Assembly (NCBI RefSeq): GCF_006345805.1
Contig: NW_021823724.1
Span: forward strand, 1 to 21,242
Source of the DNA: Octopus sinensis
Taxonomy: Eukaryota
DNA: 21,242 bases
Direction: 5' to 3'
Part shown: positions 1 through 10,400 of the stretch, piece by piece
Position numbering within the stretch: position 1 is the stretch's first letter
How the letters are laid out: each line of letters starts with the position of its first letter
Notes under the pieces: generated by a model
What the model was told of the DNA's origin: nothing
What the model saw: only the letters and a program-made list of their open reading frames with translations
Database searches by the model: none
Position numbers and translations under genes: made by a program

Positions 1-318
1 AAATCCTATTAGTTTTATATAAATACCAGAAGACTATGGAAGATCGACTCGATATCAAATTGCTATTGGATAAGCCGCCACCTTAGATGTCGTCTGCTTA
101 AGCATAGCCTTGTATTTATGCTGGTAATTGTTTATATTTATTAAGGAGACTTTCACGCGGACTAAAAGCTTTTTATTCAGCGTACATCTCATTTTAATAT
201 CTTTAAGATGTCGGAAATAAGTTTGAAAGACAACTAGCGAAGATAATGTTCGACTATTTATAAATTGTATATTCCACTTTTCCTGAAATTCTTAAATTAA
301 GGTTTCTTTACAATAGCT

Positions 319-510
319 GAGAGAGAGAGAAAGGAGGAGGAGAAGAGAGAGAGAGAAGAGAGTAAGAAAGAGAGCGCGGGCGCATGTGTTTCTGTGTGTG
401 TGTTGTGTGTGTGTGTGTGTGTGTGTCCATCCGTGTGTGTGTATGTGAAATATAGTGAGAGAGAGAATACTTGTGAGAGGGAGAGAGTGAGGGAGAGAAA
501 GAGAGAAATG
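319..510. repeat. Compound (GA)n/(GGA)n/(GT)n microsatellite
   Basis: Runs such as gagagagaga, ggaggagg and tgtgtgtgtg are read directly. Confidence 0.9.
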
Positions 511-609
511 GGTTTGATATGAATGCATAACTCAACATTTGCATTAAACTTTCAATAATAAATTTGAAAGCAAACCACTTCGAATTATACTCAACAAAGC
601 TAATACGTT

Positions 610-745
610 ATCTATCTATCTATCTATTTATCGATTTATCTATTTATCTGTCTAACTACCTATCAATATATCTGTCTCTCTATATATCTATTTATTTATC
701 TGTCTGTCTGTCTATCTATCTATCTATTTATCTATCTGCCTGTCT

Positions 746-781
<36 letters not shown>

Positions 782-847
782 CTATATCTATATCTATCTC
801 TATCTCTCTCTAGCTATCCATCCATCTGTCTATTCATTTCTCTGTCC

Positions 848-907
<60 letters not shown>
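610..907. repeat. Degenerate (TATC/TGTC)n tract followed by a pure (GATA)n tract
   Basis: TATC-type repeats ~610-835; about 15 perfect tetramers of the complementary repeat at 848-907. Confidence 0.95.
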
Positions 908-1140
908 GTGTGTAGTGATTTATTGAATCCGAAAACCTTCACAAACTAACTCAGTGTTTCACGTAAGTGATCATCAGACAGATGAGATTTGTTTTTGCTA
1001 TTCAGCTTCAATAAACCATTAATTACTCTACCTTTGATATTAAAGTGCTGTTTTTTCCCTCTCTCTCTCTTTCTTTCTTTCTTTCTCTCACTCTCTCCCT
1101 CCCTCTCTCCTCTCTCTCTCTCTCATTGTATGTATATATA

Positions 1141-1969
1141 GAGAGTGCGATGGGTAAATTAGCACCGTTTTATATTTTAATTTCGCACATGCGCATTGTT
1201 TGTTTTTGATTTTGTTGACTATAAAGTATAGTAGGGTCAGTTGGGCACCGTCTGTGTGAAAAACAGCACCGTGACGCAATTTCCTCTGTCAGAAATTTCG
1301 AAACAACATGCTGTACTGCTTGGCATTCGCACGGAAATCTCCAATACGAAGGACAGAGCAATCTGAGGACAAGTACCAGTCAATATCATAGTGTTTGGAG
1401 TGATCACAAGTGATGACTACGTTATGTCTCCAATCATCTTCCCACACGGCCTCACACTCAACACGAAAACCTACATCAAGTGCCTGGAGGAGGTAGTGCT
1501 GGCTTAAGTCAAGAGGGTGACTGCTGGAAGACCCTTATCCGGGAACAAGTCTCGGCACCATGCCACACAAGCAGGAGAACCCAGTCATGGCTGTCAGACA
1601 ATTTCTGCGACTACATCACCCCTAATATCTGGCCACCTAACTCCCCAGACTACAACCTCCTTGATTATTATATGCGGGGTGCAGTTGAGTGAGAGACTAA
1701 CAAAACTCCTTGTAACACCAAAGATCAACTGAAGGCAAGGATTATGGCAGCATTCACCAACTTAAACAACGAGACCATCCAGAAGAGTTGTAGGAGATAC
1801 TGAGGTCGTCTGGAGTCCGTAGTTGAAGCCAATGGCGATTTTATTGAATAAATTTACTCTTTAGTATTTCAATTATTTTTATATAATTTTGGTAAATTAT
1901 CTGATAAATGAGATGCCAGTGTATTTCGTTTTTGCGTAATTTCAACGACAATTTATTCACCGCATCCTG
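1141..1969 (+). mobile_element. Tc1/mariner superfamily DNA transposon, DD37D (maT-type), internally deleted and non-autonomous
   Basis: Imperfect 20-bp terminal inverted repeats: GAGAGTGCGATGGGTAAATT (1141-1160) versus the reverse complement of 1950-1969, CAGGATGCGGTGAATAAATT. Both are flanked by TA, and a transposase remnant lies inside. Confidence 0.85.
1271..1851 (+). pseudogene. Decayed DD37D transposase (short N-terminal stub plus C-terminal half of the catalytic domain)
   Basis: Manual translation: PVNIIVFGVITSDDYVMSPIIFPHGLTLNTKTYIKCLEEVVLA*VKRVTAGRP / EQVSAPCHTSRRTQSWLSDNFCDYITPNIWPPNSPDYNLLDYYMRGAVE*ETNKTPCNTKDQLKARI...RLESVVEANGDFIE*. It matches the QQDxAPxH and WPPxSPDLNPLDY motifs with 37 residues between the second (mutated to V) and third catalytic D. 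It has stops and a frameshift. Confidence 0.85.
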
Positions 1970-2015
1970 TATATATACTCTGTATGTTGTATGAATGTTT
2001 GTATGTGTATGTATA

Positions 2016-2060
<45 letters not shown>

Positions 2061-2309
2061 AAGTATGTGTAATTTTTTAAGAGATGGTTTAGCTGTGCTT
2101 CTCAATTAAATCAACAAGACCTAAAACGAAAACAAATTGCAGTGTATCGATTAAAAAGCAATAAAATTGATTATTTAAAAGCTGAATGCGTCTGTTTGCC
2201 ACTGTCCAGCGTTATCTCCCAATAATCCGATAAGCTGCTTTCTCCAAAATTATCTTCTTTAGCAGAAAAACCCATCAACCTTTCGAATATAAATCTAACG
2301 GATGTTATC

Positions 2310-2539
2310 AAGCAAATTTTGCAACTACGCAGTTCAGGGTTCAAGCCCAATGCGGGTCGGCATCTTGGAGAAGTGTCTTCTACAATAACCCTTGACCAGT
2401 CAATGCGTTGTGCGTGAATTTGATTGAAGGAAATCATGTGGAGATTTAAGTGGTACCTTGGGCAAGTATCTTCTAGGATATCCTCGGGCCGTTCAAAACT
2501 TTGTGAGTGGATTTGGTAGACGGAAACTGAAAGAAGCCC
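2310..2539 (+). mobile_element. Two adjacent diverged 5' fragments of tRNA-SINE family A
   Basis: GGGTTCAAGCCC B-box-like motif and TTGGAGAAGTGTCTTCTAC (~2310-2442). A second fragment, ACCTTGGGCAAGTATCTTCT...GTGAGTGGATTTGGTAGACGGAAACTGAAAGAAGCCC (2450-2539), matches the full copies elsewhere in the window. Confidence 0.8.
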
Positions 2540-2569
2540 AAAATTCCGCATTGAGACGTCACTGTTCCG

Positions 2570-2870
2570 GTATTATGGACATGTTATCAGAATGTCTGAA
2601 GAATCGTAAGGATCGCAAAATCGATTCTTCAAGCCCATCCATCCTGCAGTAGATCTAAGGAGTAGATAAAAAATGAGATGGTGTATAAGCTGGTTGGATT
2701 ATATTCATAGTCTTAAATGGTCAAACTCGGGAATCCAGTTTGAAAGTGTAATGACGTTTGCTTCTAGTAGGACTCGGTGAAAGAGGTGCCTGAGGGCTCT
2801 GACTACACGGCCTTCATTGAAACGCAAGCTGTTGGTGGAGAAGGTAGATGGGAGGATTAAGTAGTTTGAA
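2570..2870 (-). mobile_element. Possible degraded LINE ORF2 fragment (region just upstream of RT)
   Basis: Minus-strand LRFNEGRVVRALRHL...VITLSNWIPEF...DPYDSSD loosely follows the CR1/jockey pattern VxKxLxxL...VLKxCxPEL...DPSNYRP. Heavily decayed. Confidence 0.3.
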
Positions 2871-2899
2871 TCAAGCGTTGTATTGGCGCCTTTCACTGG

Positions 2900-3612
2900 T
2901 TCTAATCCTAAACAGGTAGGACTGATGTGATTGATGTTTCCCTGGAGAAACGGTAAATTAATGGCGGCAGAAAAAAATACGGGTTGGGAGAGAATTCTAG
3001 CGGTAGAAGGTTTTGTGGAAGAAGGAGTGGAGAAAAAAAGGCTAGAGTGGGTTTGGAGGGTGGGTATGTTTGTTCCTTCTCAAGCCATGCCTGGCTCATA
3101 AGGGCCGGTTTCCCGGTTTCCTTGGCGTATGGGTTCCCCACCTAGACGGGACGCCGCTCCGTCGCAGGTGAGCTGCAAGATGCAGGAGGAAAGAATGAGA
3201 GAAAGTTGGGGCGAAAGAGTCAGCAGAAGTTCGCCATTACCTTCTGCCGGAGCCGCCTGCAGCTTAGGTGTTTCGCTCATAAACACACACATCGCCCGGT
3301 CTGAGATCCGAACCCGCGATCTCTCGACTGCGAGTCCACTGCTCTAACCACTAGGCCATGTGCCTCCACGGTGGGTATAATATTGATGAAGAGAAGAGTG
3401 GGGTGGGCGAGCGTGAGTGAAGACGGCATAAGGTTAGCTACTTCTGTGGAGAAGAGGCCGTTATAGTAGGGGAAGAAAAACATAGAGAAGGCACAGTGCA
3501 ACTGCGCATCAGAGGTTGGAAAATGTTGGTGAGTGTTTGAACGTGTCGTAACACACGCCTATGATAGTGTCCAGTAAATTCGACGTAAGAAATTTCGCCA
3601 TATAGGAAAATT
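2900..3612 (-). mobile_element. CR1-group (CR1/L2-like) LINE, 3' end of ORF2, 5'-truncated and interrupted by a SINE
   Basis: Across frameshifts the minus strand reads LLDTI.RRVLRHVQTLTNIFQPLMRSCTVPSLC..FPYYNGLFSTEVANLMP...HKTFYR*NSLPTRIFSAAINLPFLQGNINHI. This matches the CR1-group C-terminal pattern LLDRIQRRA...LQPLxHRRxVASLxLFYRYY...FPRTxxLWNSLP..FP...NL..FK..IN. Confidence 0.75.
3068..3369 (-). mobile_element. Full-length tRNA-derived SINE, family B, with 9-bp target-site duplication
   Basis: Minus-strand head GTGGAGGCACATGGCCTAGTGGTTAGAGC...GGGTTCGGATCTC has pol III A and B boxes. GGTGGGTAT is duplicated at 3059-3067 and 3370-3378. Confidence 0.9.
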
Positions 3613-3831
3613 CCCCGTATGGACAATGGTAAAGCATATCATATCAGAATTTTTTTTTAAATAAAAAGAAAAGAATGATAAAAAAAGTTTTATGAAAGCG
3701 TTAAATAAGCAACTCTTTATTCAACATCAAACATTAAAAAAAAAACGAGCTAAGATCATTCAAAACGAAATTTCTTATGACAAATTTTCCTACAACAAAA
3801 TATATTTGCGGCGAAACTTCTTATAACCATT

Positions 3832-4567
3832 TATGACTATGAAACAAGTAATATTCCTTCTTAACAATATTCGGTATTCTTAAACTGGCACGGAGTTAGT
3901 AATCTCCGTGAAGAAGAGGCCGTTGTAGTAGCGGTAGAAAAACATAGAGGAGACATAGTAGATTTGTAGCCCTGGGGTTGATGAGAGTTGGTGAGTATTT
4001 GAACGTGCTGTGGCACAGATCTATGAGACAAGATTTCAACTTAAAATAATATCTTTTTAAACTGGCACAAAGTAATTTCCGTGGAAAAGAGACCGTTGTA
4101 GTACCGGTAGAAAAAACATAGAGGGGACCTAATACATCTGTAGCTCTGGAGTTGGGGAGCGTTGGTGAGTATTTGAACGTGTTGTGGCACACATCTATGG
4201 TTATGAGACAAGATTCCAGCTTAAAATAATATTCTGTATTCTTAAACTGGCACAAATTTATTTCCGTGGAAAAGAGGCCGTTGTAGTAGCGGTAAAAAAA
4301 CATAGAGGGGACACAGTGCATTTGTGGACTTAAGATTGGAGCATATTTGTGAGTGCTTGAACATATCGTGACACACATCTATGATTATGAGACAAGATTC
4401 TAACTTAAAATAATATTGGTATTCTTAAATTGGCACAAAGTAATTTCCGTGGAAAAGAGGCCGTTGTAGTAGCGGTAGAAAAACATAGAGGGGACACAGT
4501 GCATCTGTGAACTTAAGGTTGGAGAGTATTTGTGAGTGGTTGAACGTATCGTGACACACATCTATAA
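3832..4567. repeat. Tandem array of four ~177-185 bp units, each containing a CR1-LINE ORF2 segment
   Basis: The anchor AAA(C/T)TGGCAC recurs at 3882, 4059, 4244 and 4427. About 130 bp of each unit matches LINE sequence at ~3430-3565 (minus strand encodes FYRYYNGLFSTE). Confidence 0.92.
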
Positions 4568-5209
4568 TCGTAAAACAACTGACGTTCGTACTTAAAACAA
4601 TGTCGATACTTTTAAACTCAACCGATTAAATTCAATCTTTATCTCCGATTGAGAAATGAATTTATTTTTATTTTTATTTTTATTTTTATTGTATATCATT
4701 TTCCAATTTTCGAAGCAAAAGAAATTTTTTTTTTTTTTCTTTTCTCTATCGAAATCCCTCAACAGAAGAAGAAATCGAGACGAACAAAATATAAATGAAC
4801 AAGTGATCGAATAATGTTCACCCCCGCAAAATAAAAATCAAAAAACACAATCAATAACTACCGAAACGAAAACGAAGACGAAACGAAACGAACTGAAAAA
4901 AAAAAAATTCTTTCTCGAATTATCGACATCAAACTATGGATTTCTGTAGGTTTTTTTTTCAATTTTCTAAAGATAACATTTTTTCAAAGTGAGCGCACAA
5001 AACAAGGTATAATCATGTTGACACTTCCTCATGCATGTTAATTATAGAAGAAAAGAAATACAAAGGAAAAAGAACAACGTTTGCGGTAAAGAAAATAATT
5101 ATTTCAATGTATTCTGTGTACCAATGACGAAAAAATGGAGACAGAAGAAATTTTCTTTTTATTAACATATACAAAAGATAAAACAAATTTACTTTTGAGG
5201 CGAAGATTT

Positions 5210-5707
5210 GTTTTATAGATGTATATATATATGTATATTATACAATTCAGATTAGAATAAACTTTTCTTGGCCAATTGCAGTAAACAAATAACAAATACA
5301 TGTTTTGTTTTATATTGTTATATATATATACACATATATATATACACATATATATGTATGTGTGTTTGTATGTATATACATATATGTATATATGTACGTA
5401 TATATGTATATTCGTATATTCATGCATATATATGTGTGTGTCTATGTGTGTGTGTGCATACGTATATGTGTACACATATACATGCATACACATATTTACA
5501 TGTATGTATGTATGCATATATATACATATATACATACATATATATATATGCATACATGCACATATGTATATATGCACATATAATATATGGTTGTGTACAT
5601 ATATATATATTCATTATATATATATTATTATATTATATACATGCATACGTATATTTACATGTATGTATGATGCATATATGAATATATATTATATATATAT
5701 ATATTAT

Positions 5708-5747
<40 letters not shown>

Positions 5748-5910
5748 CATACATATATACATGAATATATACACATATATATGCAGTATATATATGTCAA
5801 TATATATATGCATATATGCACATATATATTATACACCCACAGATATATGTATATATATATATGTGAGTGTATATATATATTATATATATATATTATATTA
5901 TATATATATG
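5210..5910. repeat. Long compound (TA)n/(CA)n/(TACA)n microsatellite field
   Basis: Direct reading; source of the IYIY/HTHT pseudo-ORFs. Confidence 0.95.
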
Positions 5911-6406
5911 CGTATACAAAGATGTATGTACGCTTGGTTTGTAGAAATGTTTAAGTTATCTCTTAGATGTACTTCTCAAAACAACAACAACAACAACACT
6001 AACAACAACAAGACCGAAACACAAACCACAAAATTATTGTATATCGATTAAAAATCAATGGCATCGATTATCTGGTGGACATACGTAAACATCGCAAGAT
6101 ACGTCTAATCATAAGAAAACTTTTTCTACTCTTTCTTCCTCCTTCGCTATCGATTTATTTTTTTACTATTTTTCATTTAATTTCATTTTTATGTTTGTGT
6201 TATTTATTTATTTGTTTATGTTATTTATTCAATTGTTTATCTATATTCAGCTTAATCAAATATCGATTTGATTCAATATCATGGTTATTCCGGTTTTAAA
6301 CCGCAAATATGTAGAGTAATCTTCAGACAGGAAATGCTATTTCGTACGGCTTCAGCATCGTTTTCTTTGGGGTGGGGTTGCTTATTATAATTACTTTATC
6401 TTAAAC

Positions 6407-6681
6407 TTTTATTTTTCTTTTGCTTATTTCAGTCAGTAGACACTGCGGCCATGCTAGAGTACCACCTTGAAGAACCTTAGTCGAATGAATCGACCCCTTT
6501 ATTTATTCTATTTTTTTTTCAGTCTGTGGTACTTGCTTTATCGGTGTCTTTTGCCGAACCGCTAGATAACGGTGACGTAAACACAGCAACACCGGTTGTC
6601 AAGAGGTGAGCGAGGAACAAACACAGGCGCAAAGACACACACACAAGTAGATATACGTAGATATACGTATGTATATATATG

Positions 6682-6712
<31 letters not shown>

Positions 6713-6879
6713 ATACGACGGTTTTCTCTCAGTTTCCGTCTACCGAATACATTCACAAGGTTTTGATCGACCCGAGGCTATAGTAGAAGACACTTGCCCA
6801 AAGTGCCACGCAGTGGGACTGAACCCGGAACCATGTGTTTGAGAAGCAAGTGCCCTACCACACAGCCACGCCAGTGGCT
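6407..6879 (-). mobile_element. tRNA-derived SINE family A, full length, diverged
   Basis: Minus-strand head with A-box TGGCTGTGTGG and B-box GGTTCAGTCCC, internal CA/TA tract, and a 3' tail whose plus-strand form is TTTCAGTC...CTGCGGCCATGCT. Confidence 0.92.
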
Positions 6880-7411
6880 ATATTTAGATTTGTCAAATGT
6901 ATTATCAACTTTATTACCAATTTTCCCTTTGGTTTTATTTATTTATGCATTTTATTCAAATATTATTTCATTTTTACATACATACATATATACTTACAAA
7001 TATATCACTCTAAAACGTTTGTTGGTCTCTCTCTCTTCCATTTTATTTAAAGCAGACGACAGTAATATACGAAACTAATAATGGCGACCATTCACTATGA
7101 CGTTGCACCCACCGACACGTAATAATAAATTCAGTTTTATTCGAATAAAATAAAATGCTTTCGAATAGAAATAAAGAACAAAATGAATTGATAGCATTCA
7201 AACATGACTTAGCGTACATCTCGCCGTTCAGCATAATATCGTTTGCGTTTCAATTAGCTTTCTTTACGACTGATCGTTTAAGTTGGTTTATATTAAACAC
7301 TTCTGTCTCCGTATGCTTGTGTGGTATATTGTGTATGCTTGTGTTGTATTCGTATGTGTGAGTCTGTCAGTGTTTATACATCTTGCTGTGTAGCTGTATG
7401 TGTTTGTGTGC

Positions 7412-7454
7412 GGTGGTTGGTGGTGGTGGTGGTGGTGGTGGTGGTGGTGGTGGT
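7412..7454. repeat. (GGT)n microsatellite
   Basis: About 14 GGT units. Confidence 0.9.
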
Positions 7455-7589
7455 TGTGTTATGGATTAAAATATCGATGATTGCTTGAGAATCGCGAACG
7501 CGTGTATATGTCTGAAATATATCTTGATTGAAGTGCTATTGCGTGCCGCGCTCTATTTATTTTGTCTTGTTCAATTATACACAGACACA

Positions 7590-7605
7590 CAGATACATAC
7601 ACACA

Positions 7606-7653
<48 letters not shown>

Positions 7654-7992
7654 CATACATACATGCATACATACACACATACATGCATACAAAGTATAAT
7701 TATATGCATAGATAGATACATACATACCTACATAGACAGACAGGCAGGCAGACAGACAAACAAACAGATAGATATACAGATAGACAGATAGATAGATAGA
7801 TAGATAGATAGATACATACATACATACATACATACATACATACATAGACAGACAGACAGGCAGGCAGGCAGGCAGGCAGACAAATAAACAGACAGATTGA
7901 TAGACAGACAGAAAGATAGATAGATACATACATAACATACATATATAGACAGACAAACAGACAGATAGATAGACAGAAAGACAGACAGATAA
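7590..7992. repeat. Compound (TA)/(CATA)/(GATA)/(GACA)/(GGCA) microsatellite
   Basis: Direct reading; abuts the 3' end of the LINE fragment at 7993. Confidence 0.95.
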
Positions 7993-8529
7993 GTTTCTTT
8001 ATTGGCCACACAGGGCTGCACACAGATGGGACAAATTATAAGGTAGAGCTTTTCTTTTGGGGATGAAAAAAAAGTGGCGTAGGTTTTCGATCAAAAGGGA
8101 TCGTAAAAGGGGAAAAGGAATAAAAAAGGAAAGAAAGGAAAAAACAAAAGAAAAGAAAAAAGAAAACAAAAGGAAAAAGGGGAAGAGGAAAAAAACGATC
8201 AATAGGGATCGTGTATCACAGTGTCATGATGTACAGTGTAAAGGGGAAGCAGATAAGGTTTATCCGTGGGAAAAAAGCCTACGAAAAAGACCACGGTAAC
8301 CTCGGTCAATATTGTTATATGTTACCACATTTGTTTGCAAGTGGGTAACCCTCTGTTTTCAATTTCTGGGTTCATAGGATTATGCTCAAGGTGGCTTCGT
8401 CATTCATACGTGCCATCCTTGCTACATTCACCCATCTTTTTTTAAAACATTCGCTAGACAAAACTTGCCTCTCTTACTCTCACTTTCCTTTCAAGTGATA
8501 CTTGAAGAAGTTGATGAGAGAGATTGACC
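7993..8529 (-). mobile_element. L1/Tx1-like LINE 3' end (ORF2 C-terminus plus 3' UTR), 5'-truncated
   Basis: Minus strand 8529-8372 reads, with frameshifts, [50 protein letters not shown] ~380-nt pyrimidine-rich UTR follows, ending GGCCAATAAAGAAA (AATAAA at 7998-8003). Clade assignment rests on C-terminal resemblance only. Confidence 0.65.
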
Positions 8530-8614
<85 letters not shown>

Positions 8615-8615
8615 C

Positions 8616-8702
<87 letters not shown>
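8530..8702. repeat. Near-perfect (GATA)n, about 43 units
   Basis: Single GACA interruption. Confidence 0.98.
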
Positions 8703-8703
<1 letters not shown>

Positions 8704-8864
8704 TTCTTCATTGACCACACAGGGCTGAACACAGACGAGACAAATACAAATGTAGAACTTCTCTTTTCGAAAATGAAAAAGAAAAAGAAAAAAGGAAGAA
8801 AGTTAAATTCCGATCAAAAGGGATCGGAAAAACAAGGGGCGATCAAAAGGGATCGTGTATCGCA
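8703..8864 (-). mobile_element. Second, shorter 3' UTR fragment of the same Tx1-like LINE
   Basis: TTTCTTCATTGACCACACAGGGCTGAACACAGA matches 7994-8026, and it shares the CGATCAAAAGGGATCG motifs. Confidence 0.85.
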
Positions 8865-8895
8865 GAAGAAATTTTTAAAATTTAAGAAGCAAGAC

Positions 8896-8909
8896 TATTA
8901 TTATTATTA

Positions 8910-8958
<49 letters not shown>

Positions 8959-9008
8959 GAGGAGGAGGAGGAGGAGGACGAGGAGGACGACGACGACGAC
9001 GACGACGA
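8896..9008. repeat. Compound trinucleotide (TAT)n(GAG)n(GAC)n
   Basis: Direct reading. Confidence 0.95.
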
Positions 9009-9344
9009 TGTCTGGAGTACAGTATCAGTAACTGCTTTACTCTTTCTTCAGAGTTTCATTTGGCGAATTGACCAACTTTTCTCTCCGCTGAACCAATTTT
9101 CGTATTTTTTTTTTTATTTCATTGTTGCACAGAAACTCATCTAAATTGAAAAAGAAAAAAAAAATAACACCATTGACTTATTAAAAAAAAACAAATTTAA
9201 GTCAGCATTTTTTTCTCCTTTTTTTTTTTTCTGATAGATTTTCACAAACTTTAAGAGGCGTATTGCAGTGTTTCTGGAGAGTATTTTGTATTTTCTGTAA
9301 AAATATAAATGAAAACGAGGAAAATGACTGGACGACCAAAACTT

Positions 9345-9386
9345 TTTATATATGATATAGTTTTATATATATATATATATATAATG

Positions 9387-9480
<94 letters not shown>
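9345..9480. repeat. (TA)n microsatellite
   Basis: Direct reading. Confidence 0.97.
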
Positions 9481-9482
<2 letters not shown>

Positions 9483-9667
9483 TTGCCATGACAGATCGCT
9501 AGCCACTAGACCATTTTCTGTATTATCTCCCTGTTTATTTCTGTGTTCCTTTCTGTCGAAGAGCGTAGGCTCGAAACGTAAAAGGCTTTCTCACTTCCCG
9601 AGCGTTAAACTAATACATCTGTTGTTTGTTGTTGACACACCCATCTTTTCTTTTTGTAAATTCTGAC
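9481..9667 (+). mobile_element. Penelope-like element pseudo-LTR fragment (or retrozyme-like monomer) embedded in (TA)n
   Basis: About 187 bp of non-simple sequence with (TA)n on both sides. It carries GAAGAGCGTAGGCTCGAAACGT, the GAAG...CGAAACGT signature typical of PLE ends. Confidence 0.65.
9548..9585 (+). ncRNA. Minimal type I hammerhead-ribozyme-like motif (core variant)
   Basis: Stem I CCUUU/AAAGG; core CUGUCGA (A6 replaced by U) plus an extra A; stem II GAGC-GUAG-GCUC; GAAA; loopless palindromic stem III ACGU; putative cleavage after GUA (9580). Confidence 0.6.
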
Positions 9668-9744
9668 TATATATATACATACACAAAACACACCATAAAC
9701 ACACACGCACACACGGAAACCTGTGCCAGTTCGTAGAATGTGCA

Positions 9745-10400
9745 TATGTGAGGAAGAGGAGGGAGGAGGAGGAGGGGAGGAGGGAGGAGGAGGGGGAGGG
9801 GAAGAGGGGGGAGAGGAAGAGGAGGCCGAATGCAGTTCTGCTCTGCTCGCGTACTCCTCTATCTCTTCTTCTTCTTCGTGTATAGTGTATCGAGGACTAC
9901 ACTAATTTAAATGTAGTCGTCCTTGAGTCGGCTTTTTTGAGAGAATAGGAGACAAAGAGACAGGTGTAAATGACGACGAAGAAAATGCAAAACGGAGACA
10001 GGACGAGGAGTGGGAGGAGATCATCATCATCATCGTGATGGTGGTGGTTTTGTGGTGGGTGGTGGTGGTGGGTGGAAATGAATTTCAGCAACGGTAACCA
10101 ATGACAATGAAATTCTGTTCGTCAGAGTTTGGTACAAAGAGAGAGAGAGAGAAAGAAAGATAAGAGAAAGAGGAGGGAGAGGAAGGAGAGAGCTAAATAT
10201 ATATATATATAATATATATATATATATACATATATTACATCATGTATGCATGTATATATATGTATATACACATATATATACATATATATATGTGTGTGTG
10301 TGTGTGGTGTGTGTGTGTGTTGTATCACAAGCACACACAGATGCGTACATACACACGCAAATTATATATAGAGAGAGGGGGAGAGAGGGAGAGATTGAGT
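9745..10400. repeat. Low-complexity field: (GGA)n, (TCT)n, (CAT)n, (GGT)n, (GA)n, (TA)n, (GT)n
   Basis: Direct reading. Confidence 0.85.

Noticed and set aside
2171-2652. ORFs of 126 and 64 aa
   Set aside because: They overlap SINE fragments; similar peptides arise from every SINE copy (also 6794, 15738, 15938, 16466, 18856).
3290-3369. tRNA-like sequence with A and B boxes
   Set aside because: It is the head of a SINE bounded by a TSD, with no complete cloverleaf or acceptor stem; not a tRNA gene.
3896-4378. 160-aa minus-strand ORF
   Set aside because: Read-through of LINE-derived tandem units with shifting frames; not an independent gene.
3832-4567. CRISPR-like regularly spaced repeats
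   Set aside because: Whole units are homologous with no unique spacers, the context is eukaryotic and there are no cas genes.
8773-9144. 123-aa ORF with poly-Lys, poly-Tyr, poly-Glu and poly-Asp
   Set aside because: Assembled from the antisense LINE UTR plus a compound trinucleotide microsatellite; no coding evidence.
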